From Corallochytrium limacisporum Hawaii (lineage: Eukaryota; Protista; Pluriformea), in contig PDIP01000077.1 of assembly GCA_002811645.1 (NCBI GenBank), positions 22,226 through 86,225 on the forward strand: a stretch of DNA of 64,000 bases, given 5' to 3'. Under the pieces are notes generated by a model. The model saw only the letters and a program-made list of their open reading frames with translations. It made no database searches and was not told the origin of the DNA. A program made the translations under genes and the position numbers. Below, in pieces: positions 22,695 to 33,840 of the stretch (position 1 is its first letter; each line of letters opens with the position of its first letter).

Positions 22695-23310
22695 CCGGGG
22701 GCGGGGTCGGTGGGGTGAGGGCAAATTGCTACCGACGCCCCAAGGTGCGCACCGATTTCTACGCAGGATCCTCTCCCCAAATGCCATCGCTGCCGAGTGA
22801 CTTTGGCCCCTCACCACCTCCCCCTCCCCCACTCCAGGGCCGTAGTGGGACTTCAAGGAGTTTTCTTTTTTTTTTTTTCGTCTCCGAGTCCCGCTTGTTG
22901 CCAAGGAAAGTGGGCGAGCGATAAATTGCAGCGCAGTGTTTTCCTGCGTGTGTCCGGGTGTGCTCAGAGTGTGGGTGGGGCCGAGGGTACACTGGGCACT
23001 GCGTACGGACGGACCCTTCACCGGCACGGGAAAAGTAGAATGGGAGAAGGCATGAAGGCAATGTACAGGTTTATTGGTTGATTGTTTGAGATGTTTCCTA
23101 CTCTGTTTTTCCCATATTAGCATGTTTGCTTTGAATGCAAGGGTTTTCATCGATGGATTGATGAGGCTCCACATTGTGATTTCGTCGCGTCAGCGTGCCA
23201 AACCGTGAATCTCCTCGAATAGGTACTTTGTAGTCTATGTATACCGTATTGTGTACAACAGCGCCGACTATACACTTTTTTGGACCACGTCGTTGGGAAA
23301 TTGAAACAAG

Positions 23311-25026
23311 ATGACGGACCTCGTGCGAAAACTGGTGAGATCTGTGGGGATCGCGCCGGAGCAGACCAAGCCGGCACCTCCTCCTACCTTTGATGATATG
23401 CCGGACAACATCTTGAAACAAATATTCAGACACATTAAAGACGTTCAAGATTTGACAGCTTGTGCTCATACATGTCAAAAATTTCGAAAGATCTTGACCC
23501 ATCACCTTCTGTGGAGCCAGACCATCCACGACAGACACTTGATAATTTGGCAGGGAGATAAGTCCTGCTGTCCAAAGTCGGATCACCTGGAAACAGGCTC
23601 ACCCTATGCGCGGTTCATGAGGCTAAGTCGCCATCGCCATGCTGCACTTAGCAAGCAGTTCACAATTGACCAGATGAACCTGGATCTTGCAGGTGCACGG
23701 GTTTTAGCCTACTTGAAGCAGGCCAAATACTTGATTGGTGTGAAGGACGAAGCGCTGAGTCTTCTAAAGATTGGTGAGACTACTGAATGGGAACATATTC
23801 CTACCCCACACCATATCCACTTCGACACCACAGATGTAAATTTGGTCGTTTGTAGCGGTGGTCTGGTGTTGACGTCCTGGGACGGTAGCTTCAAATTGTT
23901 GTGCCTGCCTTTCCCGCAACCGCTCTCCAACATGACCGATGCTCAGCTTGAGAATTGTCTGGTTAATCAGTCGGAGTATGCTGAGGGGTGGAAGGAAGTT
24001 GAGCTCCCCAGTGATCCTCGTCTAGAGGCCTGGAGCAAAAAGCGACTAGCAACAGGGGACCACAACGTGATTCGGGTCGTACCAAGCGTAGACAATTTGC
24101 GTCAGCCTGTGGTCGGGTACTGTGATCTGGCTATTGACGACCACCCCTACATGATTTTCGTCCGCGTCAAGATGAACACTGGTCAGGGATTTGTTAGGTT
24201 GGTCAAATCTCATGCGGGTGGCACTCCCACTCGCAGTCTGAGCTTTAATGAATATGTCTGCCTCATCTCACGTGAGCACGCTTTGACTAAAGAGCGCAGC
24301 ACAACCCTGGCTTTCTGGCAGGATAACCACTTCCCAACCGGCGGGCTAACCGAACCTGTGGAGATCAAAGATGTCTGGATGGCGGATCTCGTGCCACAGA
24401 CAGCAACACCTCCTGGCATAGATCATGTCAACGGATCTGACGCTATGGACCGTGGTGCTGTGGTCATGGCGACATTGAAGGTACCTGACTTTCCGGACCA
24501 CGAGCGTCGGTCAACACTGACAATCAGGCCAGACGGGTCGTATATTGAGTCAGCACCTGGAGATATCCGTGCCGAACGCAAATTGATTTGGGACAGTATG
24601 TGTACCCAACTGGTATGGTATGGAGATGTGTGTGCCTATTATCGTGATGCCTCGAGTACCCGTATGAGTCTGGCGCGTAGTGCTTCCAATGACAGTGCCA
24701 AGGAACTTGTAACTGTGGGCCGATTGCATATGGTGGAGAACGATCCGAGCCCGGTCTGTGTGTTCAAGACGACCTCCCGGCCTGGTTTGCCGGCGTACGG
24801 TAGTAAGTACATAGCCTTCTGGGCTGCGTGCGGCCTGACCTTCCTTAACTTCGGTAAAGACGACGGCCCGTCCCCACTGTACCGCATCTGGTATAGGAAC
24901 GAATGGGATGCACCGGAAGAAGAACCTCCTTCAGAACCCGTGAACCGCAGGAGGAAACAGAACACTCCTGTCCGGGACTCTGGAGAGCCAGAAAAGAAGA
25001 CAAATCCCCTGAGATCCAACGCTTAG
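23311..25026 (+). CDS. F-box protein with unassigned C-terminal region
   Basis: FDDMPDNILKQIFRHI-DVQDLTACAHTCQKFRKIL---LW fits the F-box consensus; 571-aa ORF. Confidence 0.85.
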   Translation: MTDLVRKLVRSVGIAPEQTKPAPPPTFDDMPDNILKQIFRHIKDVQDLTACAHTCQKFRKILTHHLLWSQTIHDRHLIIWQGDKSCCPKSDHLETGSPYARFMRLSRHRHAALSKQFTIDQMNLDLAGARVLAYLKQAKYLIGVKDEALSLLKIGETTEWEHIPTPHHIHFDTTDVNLVVCSGGLVLTSWDGSFKLLCLPFPQPLSNMTDAQLENCLVNQSEYAEGWKEVELPSDPRLEAWSKKRLATGDHNVIRVVPSVDNLRQPVVGYCDLAIDDHPYMIFVRVKMNTGQGFVRLVKSHAGGTPTRSLSFNEYVCLISREHALTKERSTTLAFWQDNHFPTGGLTEPVEIKDVWMADLVPQTATPPGIDHVNGSDAMDRGAVVMATLKVPDFPDHERRSTLTIRPDGSYIESAPGDIRAERKLIWDSMCTQLVWYGDVCAYYRDASSTRMSLARSASNDSAKELVTVGRLHMVENDPSPVCVFKTTSRPGLPAYGSKYIAFWAACGLTFLNFGKDDGPSPLYRIWYRNEWDAPEEEPPSEPVNRRRKQNTPVRDSGEPEKKTNPLRSNA

Positions 25027-25115
25027 ATGATTTATACAGTTATGCAGATCTTCTTTAATTGTAATTTGTTTGATGTGATCAAAATAGATTTGTCCTTGGG
25101 TGGCCGAGCGCACAT

Positions 25116-25418
25116 CTAATTTTCTTCTTTCGATGCCTGCTTGAGAAGGAATTTGTTAAATGTACCCCTCTGGTAATGCGTATATGCTAGTCCAGCAAGA
25201 AAGAGAGCTGCAATCCCACCATATCCGAAGTATACGTAAGAAGTGTATCGTCGAGAACTAGAGTCATTCACCTCCTTTAAGACTTTGTTCGCATGATAGA
25301 CACAGTTGAAGGATGCCCGACCGACTAGATGGTTGTAATTGATATCCCCCTGTACTTGAGGTTTCTGCGGCAGATATCCTCTCTTCAAGTCCTGGATGTC
25401 GAAGAACCCACCTCCCAT
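25116..25418 (-). CDS. Small (100 aa) single-TM protein of unknown function
   Basis: ORF from acaATGG at 25418 with a hydrophobic stretch YVYFGYGGIAALFLAGLAY. Its stop is 89 bp from the convergent F-box stop, as for real gene pairs here, and it lies downstream of a divergent promoter island. The start could instead be 25556. Confidence 0.55.
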   Translation of the reverse strand: MGGGFFDIQDLKRGYLPQKPQVQGDINYNHLVGRASFNCVYHANKVLKEVNDSSSRRYTSYVYFGYGGIAALFLAGLAYTHYQRGTFNKFLLKQASKEEN

Positions 25419-26210
25419 TGTAGTACTGGTGGCTTCCCTGATGGCTCCGTTAGAAGTTCTGTCACCGCTTGTCAGGTACCCATCGGTGACAATTCTGCAG
25501 CTGATAACCGAACAAAATTTGGTTGAATACCTTAGGATAAGACTGTACCATTCCATTATACAGAGTACTAGTACACAGAAAGCTGAAAACTCTGGAAAGG
25601 TGCATAAAGACCCGAGAACGACCTTTCATCGGGTCATGGACCCGTCGTGCACTCTTTCTCTCGAGACCTGTGCAAGGGAAAGGGAGCCCACACTCGTTCG
25701 CCCTGCGCAGTCTACCCTGGTGTATTATCCGTCCGAAGCGGCTCCGGCTGACCCGCCTTCGCTTCTGACCAGGCACTCACCAACGGGCTCGCGCGGCTTA
25801 CCGGGCCATCGGCCAGCAGTGTGTTTGACCCCGGGAGTGCGCCAGCCCACTCCCGTACGGGCAGCGCTTGGCTGTTTTCCCTCCCTTCCTAAGGGCCGGT
25901 CCCTTGGGAGGGGACACAGAGAACGGGACGAGGTCCGACTGGTTGGGAAGTTTTTGAGGCATTGGTTACCGAAGACTCTGACCAGTGGGCTCTTGTGCTC
26001 TGTAATGCCAGTTTTTGCACATTCTTGGTATTTCAGGAATATAAGTGTACTTGACAAGTCTTGTGGATCAATTCATAGTCACAACTGAGCGGGGACAAGT
26101 TATTGGACAATGACGTGAAATATACAAGCATGGGGCTACGGAAGCCTCCGGAACCAAACTGTTAGATATCTATGCCTTGTATGGTGGCCTGAGAAGCCGG
26201 AAAGAATAGA

Positions 26211-28655
26211 ATGGTATCAGAACATACATCACCTGTCGGTGAGCCTGTGGAATATCGGGCATGCCGACAGTGGAGAGATATCATTGGAATATCTTGTCGA
26301 AATGTGCAGATTCCTCAGAGTGTTTCCACAAAGGGAGTAACACATATATACTGTGAAGTGTGGAAGGATTCAAGGGATCCAAATCGGTCGCTCTCCGAGG
26401 GAGATCTTTACAGTTCTTCAAAAGATGCAGAAATTGTGTACCGATCCGAACCTCTTACGTCAACAGAAAATCCTTCCTGGTTACCGTTCCCGGCTGCACT
26501 CACACAACAGGCACCGCCCTTGACGCGCTTATCTGCCTCGTCCACGCGAGGTGGTGGAATACCACGGGACAGTTCGCTATCTACCGTTCGGCGGAACCTT
26601 GCGTGGCCCAGCGATGCTGACGAAGTTATCATCAAGTTTGCTGTCACTAACGACTTTGAGGCAGCCCAAACGGCATCATCTCTGCACCGGTTTCGCATGG
26701 GCAACTCTAGGGCTAACGCCCTGCCTTTCAAAGTGGACAATAGTGTGCTCATCATGGAATTAACATTGCAGTTGGACGCTTTGTGTGTACTGGGTAGTGA
26801 TCTCGCGAAGTTCAATCCGTTTCTCAAACCAAACTGTATTCTCCTGCGTACCAACAATCGAACACCAGTTGGTGGCATTTTGGACTACGGAACAGCAGAG
26901 CGTAACATGGCAGACGACGCTTCAGTGACATATCTATGTCCTCCAACAATGCTTAGGAAGGGTAAATGTCTTTGTGGGATGGATGAAATGGTCATGGACG
27001 GGTCAGATCTGTTATCATTGGTACAGAGCCCACAACCGTTGCTCAGCGGAGGCCTGGTGCCCATGACTGCAATGACTGAGGATGATGCGGAGTCTTCGCT
27101 TGGAGAATGGTCCCAGCCTAACACACCTCTGGGACCGAGGAACGAGAACGAACCACCCCAATTTCCGTCTCCACAGGAGGGCGGAGCACCACCGACTAAT
27201 GGTCACTCCAGAGATGTGCCACCAGCAATGGGTGAAGACCGAACGGTCGGCGCATACGAAGAATTTGGACTCAGAAATACCACATCCGCCGACAGTGCTG
27301 AAAGCAAGGCACACCAACGTCAAATTCTCCATCAAAAACAGCTTGGCGATGACCTGTTTGTAACAGATCTACCTTCACACCCGACAGTGAATCTGCGCCA
27401 ACCGTCACCCATCCCGGACAGCCACGGTTCTGCACAAGAGCGCCGTCATAACCGTGGCAGGGCTGCTACAATGACCTCTGAAAGTGCGGGGTATACGAGC
27501 GCAGCAGTACAGGACCTTGAGGCCCAGCGACAACAGCGTGCTGCAGAGTTAGAAGCCGCAAAGATTCCAGCGGCTGGACCCCGCGAACTAAAGACGCTAC
27601 TGCAGCTGCAAGCCGTTTATGACGCGAGCCGAGACTACACAGAGAGCGTTGAGCATGCAATAGAGGGCATGTCCCTGTCCGTCGCTGCACAGCACCGCGG
27701 GGCCACAGATCGGGGACTGCTTCAGAATGCAATTACCCGCCTACAGGTGGCCTGCGAGCAACGTAGACTGCACATTGCGTGCATGAAACTGCTTTTGGAA
27801 GAGAGAAGCAAGGATATTCAGCATCGTCGCGAACTGTTGCACTATCGGAAGACTACATTGCAACGCATCGGTCGGGAGATTGCCACATACGCGAAGCGAG
27901 GGGATGCGCAGACCACGCGACTGCGGGAAGTTTCGACTCTACGTAATGCACGTCGAAATGAAATGCTTGGGATACTAACGGGCATTCTACCGGTTCTGGG
28001 TACCGGAAACAACGGTGTCACTGACATGAGCGGTGGGGTCCTCAACGCGTCTGGGGATGTTGTGGATCACAGCACTTTCACGGTGGCTGGTCTGCCGATT
28101 TCTTTGGAAATGTCGGAAGGGGACAAGCAAGAAGTTATCGCCGGTCTGGCCGCGTTGCATCTGTTGGTGAGCAAGACTTTTGGCATCCTGAGTATTCCAC
28201 CCCGGTATCCGCTTGTGCACATTGCATCTATTGTGGACGATGGGGATCCCAGTGGGCGACCCAACGACGGAGACGATGGCGAGGAAGGGTCTAGGTCCAA
28301 AACGGGACACGAAGTGGGCCCTGCCGGCGATTTAGTGACATCAGATGGCAGTCCAGTCTTCCCATTGAACCGCACAATGAGTTCCAACCGCGAGACGTAT
28401 CAAAGAGCCCTGAAATATCTGAGTCGGGACATCGGACAACTCTACGAAACCATTTTCGACAAAGACGTGCCTACATCGAGCATGCTGAGCAAAATGTTGC
28501 GCGTATACCAAGTCGAAGCGTTGATGACACAGGGAAATGCGGCTAGCGATCTCCGTGTATTGCTTGAAATGGAACCCGACTCGATTGACTTGGCGTACTT
28601 TGCTGACAAGGCGGATGAAAAGCCGGAGCAAAAGAATCCTGAAGTCATCGAGTGA
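26211..28655 (+). CDS. UVRAG: UVRAG/Vps38 (PI3K-III complex II subunit)
   Basis: N-terminal C2-like YRSEPLTSTENPSW, central coiled coil, C-terminal ILSIPPRYPL...VFPL...YQRALKYLSRDIGQL (Atg14/Vps38 family). Confidence 0.8.
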   Translation: MVSEHTSPVGEPVEYRACRQWRDIIGISCRNVQIPQSVSTKGVTHIYCEVWKDSRDPNRSLSEGDLYSSSKDAEIVYRSEPLTSTENPSWLPFPAALTQQAPPLTRLSASSTRGGGIPRDSSLSTVRRNLAWPSDADEVIIKFAVTNDFEAAQTASSLHRFRMGNSRANALPFKVDNSVLIMELTLQLDALCVLGSDLAKFNPFLKPNCILLRTNNRTPVGGILDYGTAERNMADDASVTYLCPPTMLRKGKCLCGMDEMVMDGSDLLSLVQSPQPLLSGGLVPMTAMTEDDAESSLGEWSQPNTPLGPRNENEPPQFPSPQEGGAPPTNGHSRDVPPAMGEDRTVGAYEEFGLRNTTSADSAESKAHQRQILHQKQLGDDLFVTDLPSHPTVNLRQPSPIPDSHGSAQERRHNRGRAATMTSESAGYTSAAVQDLEAQRQQRAAELEAAKIPAAGPRELKTLLQLQAVYDASRDYTESVEHAIEGMSLSVAAQHRGATDRGLLQNAITRLQVACEQRRLHIACMKLLLEERSKDIQHRRELLHYRKTTLQRIGREIATYAKRGDAQTTRLREVSTLRNARRNEMLGILTGILPVLGTGNNGVTDMSGGVLNASGDVVDHSTFTVAGLPISLEMSEGDKQEVIAGLAALHLLVSKTFGILSIPPRYPLVHIASIVDDGDPSGRPNDGDDGEEGSRSKTGHEVGPAGDLVTSDGSPVFPLNRTMSSNRETYQRALKYLSRDIGQLYETIFDKDVPTSSMLSKMLRVYQVEALMTQGNAASDLRVLLEMEPDSIDLAYFADKADEKPEQKNPEVIE

Positions 28656-28693
28656 TAAATACTGAATGCTTTGTTTGTTATTCTCGAGGAGGT

Positions 28694-29071
28694 CATCTGT
28701 TTCAAGGACTGCTCAATGGCAAGTTCCTTCGATGTGCCACCAGATATGGCGCTCAATTGATCAAACAGCCACTCAATAATGACACCAAGGGTAAACTCAG
28801 AACTGTTTGGATCAAATCTGCATTGGACGGTCTCCTGAACTTGGTTCCAGTGTCGTTCTCGCAAGGCAGGAGTCTTGAGGTTGCTTATGACGGACATGGT
28901 CACCTTAAGCTGCCCTACCTGCTTCTTCAGTGCCCCAAGAATGTTCAGATCAGGACTCTTCCTATATGTCTTCGCAACTTTTGAATAGAAAAGCGCGCTC
29001 TCCGTCTCCAGAGTCTGCGTGTTCACATTATTGTACTAACCATGAAGACTGGGTGCGTAGAACAATATCCA
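28694..29071 (-). pseudogene. Fragment of an axonemal dynein heavy chain (DHC_N2/linker region, DNAH2/I1-beta-like)
   Basis: TMSVISNLKTPALRERHWNQV..FDPNSSEFTL..ISGGTSKELAIEQSL. About 125 codons only, no initiating ATG, in-frame TAG at 29036-29038, apparent 4-codon deletion. Confidence 0.85.
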
Positions 29072-29166
29072 CTGATGAATGACAATGAATAGAAAGAATT
29101 GGCTTTATTGTTGTCCTGCTTACCCATTCAAGGACGGTTTTGTTGCCGATTCGCTGTGCGGGTCCT

Positions 29167-30297
29167 CTAGTCTGCAGCATCCACAATGCCTCCATTAGCG
29201 ATGGCAAAAGTACATTCAGCCTCTGGCATGTCCGGCGAATCGTAAAGTTTGCAGATGCGGGACTCACCTCGACCTTTGCGGAAGTAGAGTCGGGTGGCAC
29301 TCGCGTGGGCAATAATATTACCACCAATTGGCTTCTTGGGGTCCGCGGCAAAGGTCATGCCACCAGGATCAGCAGTCATTTGGTTGGTGATGACTACCGC
29401 AAGGTTGAATTCCTCAGCAAGACGACAGAGGCGGGCAAGGTGCTGGTTTAGTCGCTGCTGACGTTCCGCCAACTCACCACGGCCGCTATAGTCACAACGA
29501 AAGAGAGCCATAACGCTGTCAATGATCAATAATCTGTACGTTCTATCATCCGCCATCAGTGCTGCTGCTTGCAAAATTATGTCATTTTGCTGTTCGCTGT
29601 TATGCACACGGATGTAAGTCACGTTTTCCAAAACGATGTCTGGATCCATATCGAAGCGTTCAGCAATTGGTCTCAGACGATCGGGGCGAAATGTGCCTTC
29701 AGTGTCGATATACAAGGCCTTGCCCGCCGCACCACCCAGCTCGAGGGGCAGCTGGGCAGTGACGCACAATGTGTGACAGCACTGAGTTTTTCCAGTGCGA
29801 AACTCGCCAAAGATTTCCGTGATGCTTCGCGACTCCGGTCCACCGCCAATAAGGGCATCGAGTTCCTTGGAGCCTGTTGTTAGCTTGAAGATGCGTTCTC
29901 GAACGGAACTCAATTCCTTCGCAGATATGAAATGCAGGCCCTGTCGTTTGTAGCAGAGGTTAGTGTTTCCATTTAGGCAAATAAACTACCAGGTCATACA
30001 GTATATACTAACTACTCCTTTGGAGGCGGCCTCCTTGATTTTCTCGATTTTGGCCTCGCTGAGACCCTTAATCTTGACCAAGTCTTTGGTCATGGCCATG
30101 GAAACTCCCTTCATGGACGTGATACCGGCAAGCTTCAGCTTGGATATGTCAGCTGCATTTATCCCATAAGATTGAAGTTCGTCAAGCTCAATAAAATCAT
30201 CAACAGCAGCGTTGGTCATCTCGTCAATCATGGGATCGTCCAAGTCAGCGACCAGCTGATCACCGTCATTGGTCTCGGCAGTGTTCGTCCTGCCCAT
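29167..30297 (-). CDS. DMC1: Meiotic recombinase DMC1; exons 30297-30013 and 29940-29167 (352 aa)
   Basis: GEFRTGKT Walker A, LLIIDS Walker B; DMC1-type [32 protein letters not shown]. The two track ORFs join in frame as EAASKGV|GLHFISA. Confidence 0.92.
29941..30012 (-). other. 72-nt spliceosomal intron in DMC1
   Basis: Donor GTTAGT (30012), branch CACTAAC (29965-29959), acceptor CAG (29941); contains an in-frame TAG; removal restores DMC1 spacing. Confidence 0.88.
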
Positions 30298-30747
30298 TTT
30301 GTTGGAATCAGATCACAAAAGTATTCTACAGCGACACTTACCTGTGGAAAATTACCAAGCTTCAGGACGTTCAGACCTGTGTGATGGGTCTCATCCTCCT
30401 CAGCAGATAAGTAGCTCTCGAAACCATATGCGGAATCCCGCCGCTGGGCAGTAATTGTCTGCCAATCGACGAGGGGGGAAAGGGGCAAGGAGCGGTGGGG
30501 GTGTTTGTGAGACCCGAGCCCCCTTTTCGAACTGATCCCGCCAGGGCGTAGGCTGGGAGGGGTGGGGAGAGAAGGGGCCGGTGCTCAGCGGTCCAGGCCA
30601 GTGGTGAGATGGTGGCCCTAGACGAATGCTGGAAGCTCAAGAAGGCTAAGGGCTGACGCGGGTATTGGGAATTACTACGTGGTGTCTGCATAAGATCTAC
30701 AAGCTCGTATCTTGATATATGCACGGTGAGTATAGGAATTGTATTGT

Positions 30748-32238
30748 TCACTTGTTCTCCACCGGTCGCAGGTATAGCGGGCAGCCCTTCTTGAGGCCCG
30801 TTGTGAGTGAAGTGATCGTCTCGTATTCGGAAGCTTTCTTGGCCAGGGAAAACTCGTAGCTCTGCAACAGCTTGGCCACAATAACCCGGACCTCCAGCTT
30901 GGCGAGGCGCTCGCCAATGCAGCCCTGGGGGCCAGCCGAGAAAGGAATGTACGTACCCGGCGTGGGTTTGAACCCATCCGCGAGCCAGCGATCTGGCAGG
31001 TACTCATCAGGATCTTCCCAGTGCTTGGGATCGCGCATCATGGCCTGGAAGTCACAAATTAGTTCAGTCTCTGGTGGTACATAGAGATTTTTCCACTTTA
31101 GACCTTTTTCGGCTATTCTACGGGAGACGAAGATTACAGTGGGTTTTAGGCGCATGGACTCCTTGACCGCTGCATCGAGAACGGTAAGGCGGTCCAGTTT
31201 TTCGTACGGGATGTCGTCAAAGTTCTTACCGAGAACTTCATCCATCTGGTCACGGATACGTGCCTGCACATCTGGCCGTTGTGCCAGCATGTACAGTGCC
31301 CAAGTCGCGGTCGTGGCAGAGGTCTCGTGGCCGGCACCAAAGAACATGAGCGCCTCATCAACAATTTCTTCCTCGGTCATGCTTTCTCGCTGGGCGGCTC
31401 GGATAAGTAGACTCAAGATGTCTTTTTCCTCGTCATCAGTTTCTGCTGTGGAATCAGCACGGGCACGCAATTTTTCAACGATGTCATCACGCACCATTTG
31501 AATGGAGGCCCGCCAGAGCTTCTCGTCCGGTAGGAAGCGCCACAACGGCTTCGGAAGGGTCGCCCGGGGCTCCATGCCGAGTACAATGAGGTCCAGCTTC
31601 CGATCATAGTTCTCATCCACGGGCTTGTTCAGAATGTCTTCATCGAGACCGAACATGCTTTTAAGCAGCACCTGCAATGAGCCGTTCAGCAATTCCTTGG
31701 TCATGTCTACTGGTTGAGCCTTGAGCTTGCCCAGCTGATCCAGCGCCTGGTACCGGGCAATCATTAGCTTCGCAACCTCACTCGACACGGCACAGACCTG
31801 CTTCAAGCGTGCAGTGTTGAATGCAGGCAGAACCATCCGACGGTGGGCGCGCCAGACATCGCCTTCAAGGATGAGCAGACCGTTGGAGAAGGGCTTGAAG
31901 ACCTCCACCAGCTCCCTAGAGCGCCGTACAAGGCCGTCGCCGGAAGCAGTGCGCAGAATTTCACGGCAAAATTCGGGGTCCTTGGAGCAGAGGATGACCG
32001 TTCCAAGCATGTTTACTTGGACAAAGTCATCGTTTCCGCAGTTGTTAACCATTAGATCGTAAAACCATTTGTGGGTGTGACCCTTCTGGGCGTGCGGGAA
32101 GTACTCAATCACTGCCCCGAACACGGGAATGGAGGGCACCACGGTAACTCCCTTAACATATATAGGCTGCATATAGTACAGGACATACGCAATACCGCAC
32201 ACGATCACAGCCGTGACCACTAACCACAGGTCAGCCAT
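30748..32238 (-). CDS. Cytochrome P450 (CYP3/CYP4 clan-like)
   Basis: TM anchor, WRAHRR, GAGHETSA, ESMR, PDRW, FSAGPQGCIG. Confidence 0.95.
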   Translation of the reverse strand: MADLWLVVTAVIVCGIAYVLYYMQPIYVKGVTVVPSIPVFGAVIEYFPHAQKGHTHKWFYDLMVNNCGNDDFVQVNMLGTVILCSKDPEFCREILRTASGDGLVRRSRELVEVFKPFSNGLLILEGDVWRAHRRMVLPAFNTARLKQVCAVSSEVAKLMIARYQALDQLGKLKAQPVDMTKELLNGSLQVLLKSMFGLDEDILNKPVDENYDRKLDLIVLGMEPRATLPKPLWRFLPDEKLWRASIQMVRDDIVEKLRARADSTAETDDEEKDILSLLIRAAQRESMTEEEIVDEALMFFGAGHETSATTATWALYMLAQRPDVQARIRDQMDEVLGKNFDDIPYEKLDRLTVLDAAVKESMRLKPTVIFVSRRIAEKGLKWKNLYVPPETELICDFQAMMRDPKHWEDPDEYLPDRWLADGFKPTPGTYIPFSAGPQGCIGERLAKLEVRVIVAKLLQSYEFSLAKKASEYETITSLTTGLKKGCPLYLRPVENK

Positions 32239-32970
32239 GTTTTCATCTGATAACCTATCTTTGTGTCTGCCCGAATATGTTTTTCACGGGTATGTAGCCA
32301 TTGCGTTGTGCTTGGGCAACAGAATATTGATTCCTTCGACTCAAATAGCAGTCAAGTCGGGGGCATCACATGGTCGGTGTATCATCAAGTGCTTTTGATG
32401 CCACGTCCTTGCTCGCGATGGCTGGCTTATCGCTTCCTCGCAGACCCGTGTCTGTCTTCGTGGGGTGGTGCATTCTCTCGTGATTTGGGCGGAGTCTGTC
32501 CCTCCCGTCCGTCATCGCGCACGGCCCGGCCCCGCACAGAGAAGCCCGGGAGTGGACTTGGCGTTCTTAAGCCCAAATGCCTGATGGTTACCAGTACCAC
32601 CACGGTACCCCACCGGCCCCCGGAGTGAGCGGGGAGGGGGAGGGGGGGAAATGGGTTCCGAAGGGAGAAGAAAGGAGGAGGAGGAGGAGGAGGGGGGGGG
32701 CCTCAGGTGAGAGGGACCGGTGACTTGGCAGTTCTGTCCGCTGATCGGCCAACCGACCAACCAAACTGAGTTCGCTCATTACCCACCCATTGTTTTTTCT
32801 CCTTTTTTTTTCCTTTTTTTTTCAAACAACACAAAAAAGAACACTGCGGTGGCACTGCGGCGAGGAACGGAGAAGGAATGAAAACACCGCCCCCCCCCCC
32901 CCGCGGGGCACCGCCAAAACCTCTAGGCAGCAGCTGACCCCCAAGACCTCGTCCAAGGCTACTCACGCAC

Positions 32971-32993
32971 AGAGAGAGAGAGAGAGAGAGAGA
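32971..32993. repeat. (AG)n microsatellite in a promoter island
   Basis: Directly visible. Confidence 0.9.
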
Positions 32994-33840
32994 AAAGGGG
33001 CGAGCGGGGCCGGGCCCCAAGACCCGACCGGCGTGAAAATGCAAAATGAAAAACGCCAGATTAGAAAAAAAATGGATCGTCGGCGTAAAAAAAAATAAGG
33101 GCCAGTACTGTGCAATGAATGTACCGTACTTTTTGTATGAAATAGTCAAGTTCCAAACGAGCCAAGAGCCCGCGGGACGTAGACATCAGAAGCCAAGCGA
33201 AAGGGCGATGACGGAAAGCCAGTCGAGTAAATTAAGCGGGTATCAGCAGACACCACAAGCTGCTCAGTACATTCGCTATAGATACCGAGGCATTCCAGAC
33301 GGTGTGCCACTGCGCAGAGGGGACGGGTAAGGTAGGCAAGGAGCCACTTGAGCTGCCGATGTGTGTGTGTGTGTGTGCGTGCGTCCGGACGTGGGTGAAT
33401 TCGTCCGACGATCTCTGATTTCCTTACGACACCCGGGGCAGTTTATTCACCCAAAATGAATAATTCATTTATTCTGATCTCCTCTGGCACGCAGGTGGGA
33501 CGACTGGTAAAATCTCCCGGTTCTTCGTGTTTTTCCTCTTTTTTTTTTTCTCCCCCTTTTGCCTGGGCTTCCTTTCGCTGCGCTCTTTCCTTTCGCCTTC
33601 TCGCTTCGGGGCCGTTTGGGCTTTGGGGGGTGGGGGGGAGTTGTGAACGAGCACTGCCCTGCGTGTGTATTACCGGAGCAATTGGAAAGGCTTTGCGGAA
33701 TCAGAAAGCATGGCTTTCTTGATCAGCCGGCGATTGGTTGTCGTGTGGGCATACAGATAATGTGAAGGTTGACATGTCGACACACGTGTTGGCCGGTAGG
33801 AAAACGAAATAATGTGTACACAATACATGGCAGGTTTATT

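Noticed and set aside
22221-23174. ORFs spanning the N gap
   Set aside because: Artefacts of the undetermined sequence.
28442-29026. 194-aa ORF treated as a functional gene
   Set aside because: GTG start; only the first ~111 aa are dynein-like and the rest runs antisense into UVRAG. Called as a pseudogene fragment.
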